The notes under the pieces: model-generated
What the model saw: the letters and a program-made list of their open reading frames with translations, nothing else
What the model was told of the DNA's origin: nothing
Databases searched by the model: none
Position numbers and translations under genes: made by a program
Assembly (NCBI GenBank): GCA_964057225.1
Contig: CAXKVF010000088.1
Location: forward strand, 62,001 to 126,000
Length of the DNA: 64,000 nucleotides
Direction of reading: 5' to 3'
Source: Auanema rhodensis
Taxonomy: Eukaryota > Animalia > Nematoda
Shown here: in pieces, positions 29,217-45,584 of the stretch
Layout: each line of letters starts with the position of its first letter
How positions within the stretch are numbered: the first letter of the stretch is position 1

Positions 29217-30272
29217 TACCATGCACCAATATCAATAAAAATTTGTTTTTAGACTAATATGGACATGGGGAATCTAATTTTGAAAACCGCATCTCTTTAT
29301 CTTTCACGTGAAGCGAGTTACATACCAAGTGCACATCACGTGTACATTTAATTAGCATAAATTAAAGTTCACGTAAATTTCAAAGTCATGGTTACCATGA
29401 AGCAATATCAATAAAAATTTGTTTTTAGACTAATATGGATATGGGGAATCTAATTTTGAAAACCGCATCTCTTTATCTTTCACGTGAAGGGAGTTACATA
29501 CCAAGTGCACATCACGTGTACATTTAATTAGCATAAATTAAAGTTCACGTAAATTTCAAAGTCATGGTTACCATGAACCAATATCAATAAAAATTTGTTT
29601 TTAGACTAATATGGACATGGGGAATCTAATTTTGAAAACCGCATCTCTTTATCTTTCACGTGAAGCGAGTTACATACCAAGTGCACATCACGTGTACATT
29701 TAATTAGCATAAATTAAAGTTCACGTAAATTTCAAAGTCATGGTTACCATGCACCAATATCAATAAAAATTTGTTTTTAGACTAATATTGACATGGGGAA
29801 TCTAATTTTGAAAACCGCATCTCTTTATCTTTCACGTGAAGCGAGTTACATACCAAGTGCACATTACGTGTACATTTAATTAGCATAAATTAAAGTTCAC
29901 GTAAATTTCAAAGTCATGGTTACCATGAACCAATATCAATAAAAATTTGTTTTTAGACTAATATGGACATGGGGAATCTAATTTTGAAAACCGCATCTCT
30001 TTATCTTTCACGTGAAGCGAGTTACATACCAAGTGCACATCACGTGTACATTTAATTAGCATAAATTAAAGTTCACGTAAATTTCAAAGTCATGGTTACC
30101 ATGAACCAATATCAATAAAAATTTGTTTTTAGACTAATATGGACATGGGGAATCTAATTTTGAAAACCGCATCTCTTTATCTTTCACGTGAAGCGAGTTA
30201 CATACCAAGTGCACATCACGTGTACATTTAATTAGCATAAATTAAAGTTCACGTAAATTTCAAAGTCATGGT

Positions 30273-33200
30273 TACCATGCACCAATATCAATAAAAATTT
30301 GTTTTTAGACTAATATGGACATGGGGAATCTATTTTTGAAAACCGCATTTCTTTATCTTTCACGTGAAGCGAGTTACATACCAAGTGCACATTACGTGTA
30401 CATTTAATTAGCATGAATTAAAGTTCACGTAAAATTCAAAGTCATGGTTACCATGCACCAATATCAATAAAAATTTGTTTTTAGACTAATATGGACATGG
30501 GGAATCTAATTTTGAAAACCGCATCTCTTTATCTTTCACGTGAAGCGAGTAACATACCAAGTGCACATCACGTGTACATTTAATTAGCATAAATTAAAGT
30601 TCACGTAAATTTCAAAGTCATGGTTACCATGAACCAATATCAATAAAAATTTGTTTTTAGACTAATATGGACATGGGGAATCTAATTTTGAAAACCGCAT
30701 CTCTTTATCTTTCACGTGAAGCGAGTTACATACCAAGTGCACATCACGTGTACATTTAATTAGCATAAATTAAAGTTCACGTAAATTTCAAAGTCATGGT
30801 TACCATGCACCAATATCAATAAAAATTTGTTTTTAGACTAATATGGACATGGGGAATCTAATTTTGAAAACCGCATCTCTTTTTCTTTCACGTGAAGCGA
30901 GTTACATACCAAGTGCACATCACGTGTACATTTAATTAGCATAAATTAAAGTTCACGTAAATTTCAAAGTCATGGTTACCATGCACCAATATCAATAAAA
31001 ATTTGTTTTTAGACTAATATGGACATGGGGAATCTAATTTTGAAAACCGCATCTCTTTTTCTTTCACGTGAAGCGAGTTACATACCAAGTGCACATCACG
31101 TGTACAATTAATGAGCATAAATTAAAGTTCACGTAAATTTCAAAGTCATGGTTACCATGCACCAATATCAATAAAAATTTGTTTTTAGACTAATATGGAC
31201 ATGGGGAATCTAATTTTGAAAACCGCATCTCTTTATCTTTCACGTAAAGCGAGTTACATACCAAGTGCACATCACGTGTACATTTAATTAGCATAAATTA
31301 AAGTTCACGTAAATTTCAAAGTCATGGTTACCATGAACCAATATCAATAAAAATTTGTTTTTAGACTAATATGGACATGGGGAATCTAATTTTGAAAACC
31401 GCATCTCTTTATCTTTCACGTGAAGCGAGTTACATACCAAGTGCACATCACGTGTACATTTAATTAGCATAAATTAAAGTTCACGTAAATTTCAAAGTCA
31501 TGGTTACCATGCACCAATATCAATAAAAATTTGTTTTTAGACTAATATGGACATGGGGAATCTAATTTTGAAAACCGCATCTCTTTATCTTTCACGTGAA
31601 GCGAGTTACATACCAAGTGCACATCACGTGTACATTTAATTAGCATAAATTAAAGTTCACGTAAATTTCAAAGTCATGGTTACCATGCACCAATATCAAT
31701 AAAAATTTGTTTTTAGACTAATATGGACATGGGGAATCTAATTTTGAAAACCGCATTTCTTTATCTTTCACGTGAAGCGAGTTACATACCAAGTGCACAT
31801 TACGTGTACATTTAATTAGCATAAATTAAAGTTCACGTAAAATTCAAAGTCATGGTTACCATGCACCAATATCAATAAAAATTTGTTTTTAGACTAATAT
31901 GGACATGGGGAATCTAATTTTGAAAACCGCATTTCTTTATCTTTCACGTGAAGCGAGTTACATACCAAGTGCACATTACGTGTACATTTAATTAGCATAA
32001 ATTAAAGTTCACGTAAAATTCAAAGTCATGGTTACCATGCACCAATATCAATAAAAATTTGTTTTTAGACTAATATGGACATGGGGAATCTAATTTTGAA
32101 AACCGCATCTCTTTATCTTTCACGTGAAGCGAGTAACATACCAAGTGCACATCACGTGTACATTTAATTAGCATAAATTAAAGTTCACGTAAATTTCAAA
32201 GTCATGGTTACCATGAACCAATATCAATAAAAATTTGTTTTTAGACTAATATGGACATGGGGAATCTAATTTTGAAAACCGCATCTCTTTATCTTTCACG
32301 TGAAGCGAGTTACATACCAAGTGCACATCACGTGTACATTTAATTAGCATAAATTAAAGTTCACGTAAATTTCAAAGTCATGGTTACCATGCACCAATAT
32401 CAATAAAAATTTGTTTTTAGACTAATATGGACATGGGGAATCTAATTTTGAAAACCGCATCTCTTTTTCTTTCACGTGAAGCGAGTTACATACCAAGTGC
32501 ACATCACGTGTACAATTAATGAGCATAAATTAAAGTTCACGTAAATTTCAAAGTCATGGTTACCATGCACCAATATCAATAAAAATTTGTTTTTAGACTA
32601 ATATGGACATGGGGAATCTAATTTTGAAAACCGCATCTCTTTATCTTTCACGTAAAGCGAGTTACATACCAAGTGCACATCACGTGTACATTTAATTAGC
32701 ATAAATTAAAGTTCACGTAAATTTCAAAGTCATGGTTACCATGAACCAATATCAATAAAAATTTGTTTTTAGACTAATATGGACATGGGGAATCTAATTT
32801 TGAAAACCGCATCTCTTTATCTTTCACGTGAAGCGAGTTACATACCAAGTGCACATCACGTGTACATTTAATTAGCATAAATTAAAGTTCACGTAAATTT
32901 CAAAGTCATGGTTACCATGCACCAATATCAATAAAAATTTGTTTTTAGACTAATATGGACATGGGGAATCTAATTTTGAAAACCGCATCTCTTTATCTTT
33001 CACGTGAAGCGAGTTACATACCAAGTGCACATCACGTGTACATTTAATTAGCATAAATTAAAGTTCACGTAAATTTCAAAGTCATGGTTACCATGCACCA
33101 ATATCAATAAAAATTTGTTTTTAGACTAATATGGACATGGGGAATCTAATTTTGAAAACCGCATTTCTTTATCTTTCACGTGAAGCGAGTTACATACCAA

Positions 33201-34320
33201 GTGCACATTACGTGTACATTTAATTAGCATAAATTAAAGTTCACGTAAAATTCAAAGTCATGGTTACCATGCACCAATATCAATAAAAATTTGTTTTTAG
33301 ACTAATATGGACATGGGGAATCTAATTTTGAAAACCGCATTTCTTTATCTTTCACGTGAAGCGAGTTACATACCAAGTGCACATTACGTGTACATTTAAT
33401 TAGCATAAATTAAAGTTCACGTAAAATTCAAAGTCATGGTTACCATGCACCAATATCAATAAAAATTTGTTTTTAGACTAATATGGACATGGGGAATCTA
33501 ATTTTGAAAACCGCATCTCTTTATCTTTCACGTGAAGCGAGTAACATACCAAGTGCACATCACGTGTACATTTAATTAGCATAAATTAAAGTTCACGTAA
33601 ATTTCAAAGTCATGGTTACCATGAACCAATATCAATAAAAATTTGTTTTTAGACTAATATGGACATGGGGAATCTAATTTTGAAAACCGCATCTCTTTAT
33701 CTTTCACGTGAAGCGAGTTACATACCAAGTGCACATCACGTGTACATTTAATTAGCATAAATTAAAGTTCACGTAAATTTCAAAGTCATGGTTACCATGC
33801 ACCAATATCAATAAAAATTTGTTTTTAGACTAATATGGACATGGGGAATCTAATTTTGAAAACCGCATCTCTTTTTCTTTCACGTGAAGCGAGTTACATA
33901 CCAAGTGCACATCACGTGTACATTTAATTAGCATAAATTAAAGTTCACGTAAATTTCAAAGTCATGGTTACCATGCACCAATATCAATAAAAATTTGTTT
34001 TTAGACTAATATGGACATGGGGAATCTAATTTTGAAAACCGCATCTCTTTTTCTTTCACGTGAAGCGAGTTACATACCAAGTGCACATCACGTGTACAAT
34101 TAATTAGCATAAATTAAAGTTCACGTAAATTTCAAAGTCATGGTTACCATGCACCAATATCAATAAAAATTTGTTTTTAGACTAATATGGACATGGGGAA
34201 TCTAATTTTGAAAACCGCATCTCTTTATCTTTCACGTGAAGCGAGTTACATACCAAGTGCACATCACGTGTACAATTAATTAGCATAAATTAAAGTTCAC
34301 GTAAATTTCAAAGTCATGGT
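30273..34320. repeat. 8/9-monomer higher-order repeat, about 2.5 copies
   Basis: GAGTAAC (T103A) at 30551, 32135, 33543. AATGAGC at 31113/32521 and CACGTAAAGC (G94A) at 31246/32654, both 1408 bp apart. Confidence 0.88.
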
Positions 34321-37300
34321 TACCATGAACCAATATCAATAAAAATTTGTTTTTAGACTAATATGGACATGGGGAATCTAATTTTGAAAACCGCATCTCT
34401 TTATCTTTCACGTGAAGCGAGTTACATACCAAGTGCACATTACGTGTACATTTAATTAGCATAAATTAAAGTTCACGTAAATTTCAAAGTCATGGTTACC
34501 ATGAACCAATATCAATACAAATTTGTTTTTAGACTAATATGGACATGGGGAATCTAATTTTGAAAACCGCATCTCTTTATCTTTCACGTGAAGCGAGTTA
34601 CATACCAAGTGCACATTACGTGTACATTTAATTAGCATAAATTAAAGTTCACGTAAAATTCAAAGTCATGGTTACCATGCACCAATATCAATAAAAATTT
34701 GTTTTTAGACTAATATGGACATGGGGAATCTAATTTTGAAAACCGCATCTCTTTATCTTTCACGTGAAGCGAGTTACATACCAAGTGCACATCACGTGTA
34801 CATTTAATTAGCATAAATTAAAGTTCACGTAAATTTCAAAGTCATGGTTACCATGCACCAATATCAATAAAAATTTGTTTTTAGACTAATATGGACATGG
34901 GGAATCTAATTTTGAAAACCGCATCTCTTTATCTTTCACGTGAAGCGAGTTACATACCAAGTGCACATCACGTGTACATTTAATTAGCATAAATTAAAGT
35001 TCACGTAAATTTCAAAGTCATGGTTACCATGAACCAATATCAATAAAAAATTGTTTTTAGACTAATATGGACATGGGGAATCTAATTTTGAAAACCGCAT
35101 CTCTTTATCTTTCACGTGAAGGGAGTTACATACCAAGTGCACATCACGTGTACATTTAATTAGCATAAATTAAAGTTCACGTAAATTTCAAAGTCATGGT
35201 TACCATGAAGCAATATCAATAAAAATTTGTTTTTAGACTAATATGGACATGGGGAATCTAATTTTGAAAACCGCATCTCTTTATCTTTCACGTGAAGCGA
35301 GTTACATACCAAGTGCACATCACGTGTACATTTAATTAGCATAAATTAAAGTTCACGTAAATTTCAAAGTCATGGTTACCATGAAGCAATATCAATAAAA
35401 ATTTGTTTTTAGACTAATATGGACATGGGGAATCTAATTCTGAAAACCGCATCTCTTTATCTTTCACGTGAAGCGAGTTACATACCAAGTGCACATTACG
35501 TGTACATTTAATTAGCATAAATTAAAGTTCACGTAAAATTCAAAGTCATGGTTACCATGCACCAATATCAATAAAAATTTGTTTTTAGACTAATATGGAC
35601 ATGGGGAATCTAATTTTGAAAACCGCATCTCTTTATCTTTCACGTGAAGCGAGTTACATACCAAGTGCACATCACGTGTACATTTAATTAGCATAAATTA
35701 AAGTTCACGTAAATTTCAAAGTCATGGTTACCATGAACCAATATCAATAAAAATTTGTTTTTAGACTAATATGGACATGGGGAATCTAATTTTGAAAACC
35801 GCATCTCTTTATCTTTCACGTGAAGCGAGTTACATACCAAGTGCACATCACGTGTACATTTAATTAGCATAAATTAAAGTTCACGTAAATTTCAAAGTCA
35901 TGGTTACCATGAACCAATATCAATACAAATTTGTTTTTAGACTAATATGGACATGGGGAATCTAATTTTGAAAACCGCATCTCTTTATCTTTCACGTGAA
36001 GCGAGTTACATACCAAGTGCACATTACGTGTACATTTAATTAGCATAAATTAAAGTTCACGTAAAATTCAAAGTCATGGTTACCATGCACCAATATCAAT
36101 AAAAATTTGTTTTTAGACTAATATGGACATGGGGAATCTAATTTTGAAAACCGCATCTCTTCATCTTTCACGTGAAGCGAGTTACATACCAAGTGCACAT
36201 CACGTGTACATTTAATTAGCATAAATTAAAGTTCACGTAAATTTCAAAGTCATGGTTACCATGCACCAATATCAATAAAAATTTGTTTTTAGACTAATAT
36301 GGACATGGGGAATCTAATTTTGAAAACCGCATCTCTTTATCTTTCACGTGAAGCGAGTTACATACCAAGTGCACATCACGTGTACATTTAATTAGCATAA
36401 ATTAAAGTTCACGTAAATTTCAAAGTCATGGTTACCATGAACCAATATCAATACAAATTTGTTTTTAGACTAATATGGACATGGGGAATCTAATTTTGAA
36501 AACCGCATCTCTTCATCTTTCACGTGAAGCGAGTTACATACCAAGTGCACATCACGTGTACATTTAATTAGCATAAATTAAAGTTCACGTAAATTTCAAA
36601 GTCATGGTTACCATGAAGCAATATCAATAAAAATTTGTTTTTAGACTAATATGGACATGGGGAATCTAATTTTGAAAACCGCATCTCTTTATCTTTCACG
36701 TGAAGCGAGTTACATACCAAGTGCACATCACGTGTACATTTAATTAGCATAAATTAAAGTTCACGTAAATTTCAAAGTCATGGTTACCATGAACCAATAT
36801 CAATAAAAATTTGTTTTTAGACTAATATGGACATGGGGAATCTAATTTTGAAAACCGCATCTCTTTATCTTTCACGTGAAGCGAGTTACATACCAAGTGC
36901 ACATCACGTGTACATTTAATTAGCATAAATTAAAGTTCACGTAAAATTCAAAGTCATGGTTACCATGCACCAATATCAATAAAAATTTGTTTTTAGACTA
37001 ATATGGACATGGGGAATCTAATTTTGAAAACCGCATCTCTTTATCTTTTACGTGAAGCGAGTTACATACCAAGTGCACATCACGTGTACATTTAATTAGC
37101 ATAAATTAAAGTTCACGTAAATTTCAAAGTCATGGTTACCATGAACCAATATCAATAAAAATTTGTTTTTAGACTAATATGGACATGGGGAATCTAATTT
37201 TGAAAACCGCATCTCTTTATCTTTCACGTGAAGCGAGTTACATACCAAGTGCACATCACGTGTACATTTAATTAGCATAAATTAAAGTTCACGTAAATTT

Positions 37301-37840
37301 CAAAGTCATGGTTACCATGAACCAATATCAATAAAAATTTGTTTTTAGACTAATATGGACATGGGGAATCTAATTTTGAAAACCGCATCTCTTTATCTTT
37401 CACGTGAAGCGAGTTACATACCAAGTGCACATCACGTGTACATTTAATTAGCATAAATTAAAGTTCACGTAAATTTCAAAGTCATGGTTACCATGAACCA
37501 ATATCAATAAAAATTTGTTTTTAGACTAATATGGACATGGGGAATCTAATTTTGAAAACCGCATCTCTTTATCTTTCACGTGAAGCGAGTTACATACCAA
37601 GTGCACATCACGTGTACATTTAATTAGCATAAATTAAAGTTCACGTAAATTTCAAAGTCATGGTTACCATGAAGCAATATCAATAAAAATTTGTTTTTAG
37701 ACTAATATGGACATGGGGAATCTAATTTTGAAAACCGCATCTCTTCATCTTTCACGTGAAGCGAGTTACATACCAAGTGCACATCACGTGTACATTTAAT
37801 TAGCATAAATTAAAGTTCACGTAAATTTCAAAGTCATGGT

Positions 37841-40800
37841 TACCATGAACCAATATCAATAAAAATTTGTTTTTAGACTAATATGGACATGGGGAATCTA
37901 ATTTTGAAAACCGCATCTCTTTATCTTTCACGTGAAGCGAGTTACATACCAAGTGCACATCACGTGTACATTTAATTCGCATAAATTAAAGTTCACGTAA
38001 AATTCAAAGTCATGGTTACCATGCACCAATATCAATAAAAATTTGTTTTTAGACTAATATGGACATGGGGAATCTAATTTTGAAAACCGCATCTCTTTAT
38101 CTTTTACGTGAAGCGAGTTACATACCAAGTGCACATCACGTGTACATTTAATTAGCATAAATTAAAGTTCACGTAAATTTCAAAGTCATGGTTACCATGA
38201 ACCAATATCAATAAAAATTTGTTTTTAGACTAATATGGACATGGGGAATCTAATTTTGAAAACCGCATCTCTTTATCTTTCACGTGAAGCGAGTTACATA
38301 CCAAGTGCACATCACGTGTACATTTAATCAGCATAAATTAAAGTTCACGTAAATTTCAAAGTCATGGTTACCATGCACCAATATCAATAAAAATTTGTTT
38401 TTAGACTAATATGGACATGGGGAATCTAATTTTGAAAACCGCATCTCTTTATCTTTCACGTGAAGCGAGTTACATACCAAGTGCACATCACGTGTACATT
38501 TAATTAGCATAAATTAAAGTTCACGTAAATTTCAAAGTCATGGTTACCATGAACCAATATCAATAAAAATTTGTTTTTAGACTAATATGGACATGGGAAA
38601 TCTAATTTTGAAAACCGCATCTCTTTATCTTTCACGTGAAGCGAGTTACATACCAAGTGCACATCACGTGTACATTTAATTAGCATAAATTAAAGTTCAC
38701 GTAAATTTCAAAGTCATGGTTACCATGCACCAATATCAATAAAAATTTGTTTTTAGACTAATATGGACATGGGGGATCTAATTTTGAAAACCGCATCTCT
38801 TTATCTTTCACGTGAAGCGAGTTACATACCAAGTGCACATCACGTGTACATTTAATTAGCATAAATTAAAGTTCACGTAAATTTCAAAGTCATGGTTACC
38901 ATGAACCAATATCAATAAAAATTTGTTTTTAGACTAATATGGACATGGGGAATCTAATTTTGAAAACCGCATCTCTTTATCTTTCACGTGAAGCGAGTTA
39001 CATATCAAGTGCACATCACGTGTACATTTAATCAGCATAAATTAAAGTTCACGTAAATTTCAAAGTCATGGTTACCATGCACCAATATCAATAAAAATTT
39101 GTTTTTAGACTAATATGGACATGGGGAATCTAATTTTGAAAACCGCATCTCTTTATCTTTCACGTGAAGCGAGTTACATACCAAGTGCACATCACGTGTA
39201 CATTTAATTAGCATAAATTAAAGTTCACGTAAATTTCAAAGTCATGGTTACCATGAACCAATATCAATAAAAATTTGTTTTTAGACTAATATGGACATGG
39301 GGAATCTAATTTTGAAAACCGCATCTCTTTATCTTTCACGTGAAGCGAGTTACATACCAAGTGCACATCACGTGTACATTTAATTAGCATAAATTAAAGT
39401 TCACGTAAATTTCAAAGTCATGGTTACCATGAACCAATATCAATAAAAATTTGTTTTTAGACTAATATGGACATGGGGAATCTAATTTTGAAAACCGCAT
39501 CTCTTTATCTTTCACGTGAAGCGAGTTACATACCAAGTGCACATCACGTGTACATTTAATTCGCATAAATTAAAGTTCACGTAAAATTCAAAGTCATGGT
39601 TACCATGCACCAATATCAATAAAAATTTGTTTTTAGACTAATATGGACATGGGGAATCTAATTTTGAAAACCGCATCTCTTTATCTTTTACGTGAAGCGA
39701 GTTACATACCAAGTGCACATCACGTGTACATTTAATTAGCATAAATTAAAGTTCACGTAAATTTCAAAGTCATGGTTACCATGAACCAATATCAATAAAA
39801 ATTTGTTTTTAGACTAATATGGACATGGGGAATCTAATTTTGAAAACCGCATCTCTTTATCTTTCACGTGAAGCGAGTTACATACCAAGTGCACATCACG
39901 TGTACATTTAATCAGCATAAATTAAAGTTCACGTAAATTTCAAAGTCATGGTTACCATGCACCAATATCAATAAAAATTTGTTTTTAGACTAATATGGAC
40001 ATGGGGAATCTAATTTTGAAAACCGCATCTCTTTATCTTTCACGTGAAGCGAGTTACATACCAAGTGCACATCACGTGTACATTTAATTAGCATAAATTA
40101 AAGTTCACGTAAATTTCAAAGTCATGGTTACCATGAACCAATATCAATAAAAATTTGTTTTTAGACTAATATGGACATGGGAAATCTAATTTTGAAAACC
40201 GCATCTCTTTATCTTTCACGTGAAGCGAGTTACATACCAAGTGCACATCACGTGTACATTTAATTAGCATAAATTAAAGTTCACGTAAATTTCAAAGTCA
40301 TGGTTACCATGCACCAATATCAATAAAAATTTGTTTTTAGACTAATATGGACATGGGGGATCTAATTTTGAAAACCGCATCTCTTTATCTTTCACGTGAA
40401 GCGAGTTACATACCAAGTGCACATCACGTGTACATTTAATTAGCATAAATTAAAGTTCACGTAAATTTCAAAGTCATGGTTACCATGAACCAATATCAAT
40501 AAAAATTTGTTTTTAGACTAATATGGACATGGGGAATCTAATTTTGAAAACCGCATCTCTTTATCTTTCACGTGAAGCGAGTTACATATCAAGTGCACAT
40601 CACGTGTACATTTAATCAGCATAAATTAAAGTTCACGTAAATTTCAAAGTCATGGTTACCATGCACCAATATCAATAAAAATTTGTTTTTAGACTAATAT
40701 GGACATGGGGAATCTAATTTTGAAAACCGCATCTCTTTATCTTTCACGTGAAGCGAGTTACATACCAAGTGCACATCACGTGTACATTTAATTAGCATAA

Positions 40801-41008
40801 ATTAAAGTTCACGTAAATTTCAAAGTCATGGTTACCATGAACCAATATCAATAAAAATTTGTTTTTAGACTAATATGGACATGGGGAATCTAATTTTGAA
40901 AACCGCAACTCTTTATCTTTCACGTGAAGCGAGTTACATACCAAGTGCACATCACGTGTACATTTAATTAGCATAAATTAAAGTTCACGTAAATTTCAAA
41001 GTCATGGT
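37841..41008. repeat. 9-monomer (1584-bp) tandem duplication
   Basis: TAATTCGC 37978/39562, GGGAAATC 38598/40182 and CATATCAAG 39005/40589 are all 1584 bp apart. Confidence 0.92.
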
Positions 41009-44000
41009 TACCATGCACCAATATCAATAAAAATTTGTTTTTAGACTAATATGGACATGGGGGATCTAATTTTGAAAACCGCATCTCTTTATCTTTCACG
41101 TGAAGCGAGTTACATACCAAGTGCACATCACGTGTACATTTAATTAGCATAAATTAAAGTTCACGTAAATTTCAAAGTCATGGTTACCATGAACCAATAT
41201 CAATAAAAATTTGTTTTTAGACTAATATGGACATGGGGAATCTAATTTTGAAAACCGCATCTCTTTATCTTTCACGTGAAGCGAGTTACATACCAAGTGC
41301 ACATCACGTGTACATTTAATTAGCATAAATTAAAGTTCACGTAAATTTCAAAGTCATGGTTACCATGCACCAATATCAATAAAAATTTGTTTTTAGACTA
41401 ATATGGACATGGGGAATCTAATTTTGAAAACCGCATCTCTTTATCTTTCACGTGAAGCGAGTTACATACCAAGTGCACATCACGTGTACATTTAATTAGC
41501 ATAAATTAAAGTTCACGTAAATTTCAAAGTCATGGTTACCATGCACCAATATCAATAAAAATTTGTTTTTAGACTAATATGGACATGGGGAATCTAATTT
41601 TGAAAACCGCATCTCTTTATCTTTCACGTGAAGCGAGTTACATACCAAGTGCACATCACGTGTACATTTAATTAGCATAAATTAAAGTTCACGTAAATTT
41701 CAAAGTCATGGTTACCATGCACCAATATCAATAAAAATTTGTTTTTAGACTAATATGGACATGGGGGATCTAATTTTGAAAACCGCATCTCTTTATCTTT
41801 CACGTGAAGCGAGTTACATACCAAGTGCACATCACGTGTACATTTAATTAGCATAAATTAAAGTTCACGTAAATTTCAAAGTCATGGTTACCATGAACCA
41901 ATATCAATAAAAATTTGTTTTTAGACTAATATGGACATGGGGAATCTAATTTTGAAAACCGCATCTCTTTATCTTTCACGTGAAGCGAGTTACATACCAA
42001 GTGCACATCACGTGTACATTTAATTAGCATAAATTAAAGTTCACGTAAATTTCAAAGTCATGGTTACCATGCACCAATATCAATAAAAATTTGTTTTTAG
42101 ACTAATATGGACATGGGGAATCTAATTTTGAAAACCGCATCTCTTTATCTTTCACGTGAAGCGAGTTACATACCAAGTGCACATCACGTGTACATTTAAT
42201 TAGCATAAATTAAAGTTCACGTAAATTTCAAAGTCATGGTTACCATGCACCAATATCAATAAAAATTTGTTTTTAGACTAATATGGACATGGGGGATCTA
42301 ATTTTGAAAACCGCATCTCTTTATCTTTCACGTGAAGCGAGTTACATACCAAGTGCACATCACGTGTACATTTAATTAGCATAAATTAAAGTTCACGTAA
42401 ATTTCAAAGTCATGGTTACCATGAACCAATATCAATAAAAATTTGTTTTTAGACTAATATGGACATGGGGAATCTAATTTTGAAAACCGCATCTCTTTAT
42501 CTTTCACGTGAAGCGAGTTACATACCAAGTGCACATCACGTGTACATTTAATTAGCATAAATTAAAGTTCACGTAAATTTCAAAGTCATGGTTACCATGC
42601 ACCAATATCAATAAAAATTTGTTTTTAGACTAATATGGACATGGGGAATCTAATTTTGAAAACCGCATCTCTTTATCTTTCACGTGAAGCGAGTTACATA
42701 CCAAGTGCACATCACGTGTACATTTAATTAGCATAAATTAAAGTTCACGTAAATTTCAAAGTCATGGTTATCATGCACCAATATCAATAAAAATTTGTTT
42801 TTAGACTAATATGGACATGGGGAATCTAATTTTGAAAACCGCATCTCTTTATCTTTCACGTGAAGCGAGTTACATACCAAGTGCACATCACGTGTACATT
42901 TAATTAGCATAAATTAAAGTTCACGTAAATTTCAAAGTCATGGTTACCATGCACCAATATCAATAAAAATTTGTTTTTAGACTAATATGGACATGGGGAA
43001 TCTAATTTTGAAAACCGCATCTCTTTATCTTTCACGTGAAGCGAGTTACATACCAAGTGCACATCACGTGTACATTTAATTAGCATAAATTAAAGTTCAC
43101 GTAAATTTCAAAGTCATGGTTACCATGCACCAATATCAATAAAAATTTGTTTTTAGACTAATATTGACATGGGGAATCTAATTTTGAAAACCGCATCTCT
43201 TTATCTTTCACGTGAAGCGAGTTACATACCAAGTGCACATTACGTGTACATTTAATTAGCATAAATTAAAGTTCACGTAAAATTCAAAGTCATGGTTACC
43301 ATGCACCAATATCAATAAAAATTTGTTTTTAGACTAATATGGACATGGGGAATCTAATTTTGAAAACCGCATCTCTTTATCTTTCACATGAAGCGAGTTA
43401 CATACCAAGTGCACATCACGTGTACATTTAATTAGCATAAATTAAAGTTCACGTAAATTTCAAAGTCATGGTTACCATGAACCAATATCAATAAAAATTT
43501 GTTTTTAGACTAATATTGACATGGGGAATCTAATTTTGAAAACCGCATCTCTTTATCTTTCACGTGAAGCGAGTTACATACCAAGTGCACATCACGTGTA
43601 CATTTAATTAGCATAAATTAAAGTTCACGTAAATTTCAAAGTCATGGTTACCATGAACCAATATCAATAAAAATTTGTTTTTAGACTAATATGGACATGG
43701 GGAATCTAATTTTGAAAACCGCATCTCTTTATCTTTCACGTGAAGCGAGTTACATACCAAGTGCACATCACGTGTACATTTAATTAGCATAAATTAAAGT
43801 TCACGTAAATTTCAAAGTCATGGTTACCATGCACCAATATCAATAAAAATTTGTTTTTAGACTAATATGGACATGGGGGATCTAATTTTGAAAACCGCAT
43901 CTCTTTATCTTTCACGTGAAGCGAGTTACATACCAAGTGCACATCACGTGTACATTTAATTAGCATAAATTAAAGTTCACGTAAATTTCAAAGTCATGGT

Positions 44001-45584
44001 TACCATGCACCAATATCAATAAAAATTTGTTTTTAGACTAATATGGACATGGGGAATCTAATTTTGAAAACCGCATCTCTTTATCTTTCACGTGAAGCGA
44101 GTTACATACCAAGTGCACATCACGTGTACATTTAATTAGCATAAATTAAAGTTCACGTAAATTTCAAAGTCATGGTTACCATGCACCAATATCAATAAAA
44201 ATTTGTTTTTAGACTAATATGGACATGGGGGATCTAATTTTGAAAACCGCATCTCTTTATCTTTCACGTGAAGCGAGTTACATACCAAGTGCACATCACG
44301 TGTACATTTAATTAGCATAAATTAAAGTTCACGTAAATTTCAAAGTCATGGTTACCATGAACCAATATCAATAAAAATTTGTTTTTAGACTAATATGGAC
44401 ATGGGGAATCTAATTTTGAAAACCGCATCTCTTTATCTTTCACGTGAAGCGAGTTACATACCAAGTGCACATCACGTGTACATTTAATTAGCATAAATTA
44501 AAGTTCACGTAAATTTCAAAGTCATGGTTACCATGCACCAATATCAATAAAAATTTGTTTTTAGACTAATATGGACATGGGGAATCTAATTTTGAAAACC
44601 GCATCTCTTTATCTTTCACGTGAAGCGAGTTACATACCAAGTGCACATCACGTGTACATTTAATTAGCATAAATTAAAGTTCACGTAAATTTCAAAGTCA
44701 TGGTTATCATGCACCAATATCAATAAAAATTTGTTTTTAGACTAATATGGACATGGGGAATCTAATTTTGAAAACCGCATCTCTTTATCTTTCACGTGAA
44801 GCGAGTTACATACCAAGTGCACATCACGTGTACATTTAATTAGCATAAATTAAAGTTCACGTAAATTTCAAAGTCATGGTTACCATGCACCAATATCAAT
44901 AAAAATTTGTTTTTAGACTAATATGGACATGGGGAATCTAATTTTGAAAACCGCATCTCTTTATCTTTCACGTGAAGCGAGTTACATACCAAGTGCACAT
45001 CACGTGTACATTTAATTAGCATAAATTAAAGTTCACGTAAATTTCAAAGTCATGGTTACCATGAACCAATATCAATAAAAATTTGTTTTTAGACTAATAT
45101 GGACATGGGGAATCTAATTTTGAAAACCGCATCTCTTTATCTTTCACGTGAAGGGAGTTACATACCAAGTGCACATCACGTGTACATTTAATTAGCATAA
45201 ATTAAAGTTCACGTAAATTTCAAAGTCATGGTTACCATGAAGCAATATCAATAAAAATTTGTTTTTAGACTAATATGGACATGGGGAATCTAATTTTGAA
45301 AACCGCATCTCTTTATCTTTCACGTGAAGGGAGTTACATACCAAGTGCACATCACGTGTACATTTAATTAGCATAAATTAAAGTTCACGTAAATTTCAAA
45401 GTCATGGTTACCATGAACCAATATCAATAAAAATTTGTTTTTAGACTAATATGGACATGGGGAATCTAATTTTGAAAACCGCATCTCTTTATCTTTCACG
45501 TGAAGCGAGTTACATACCAAGTGCACATCACGTGTACATTTAATTAGCATAAATTAAAGTTCACGTAAATTTCAAAGTCATGGT

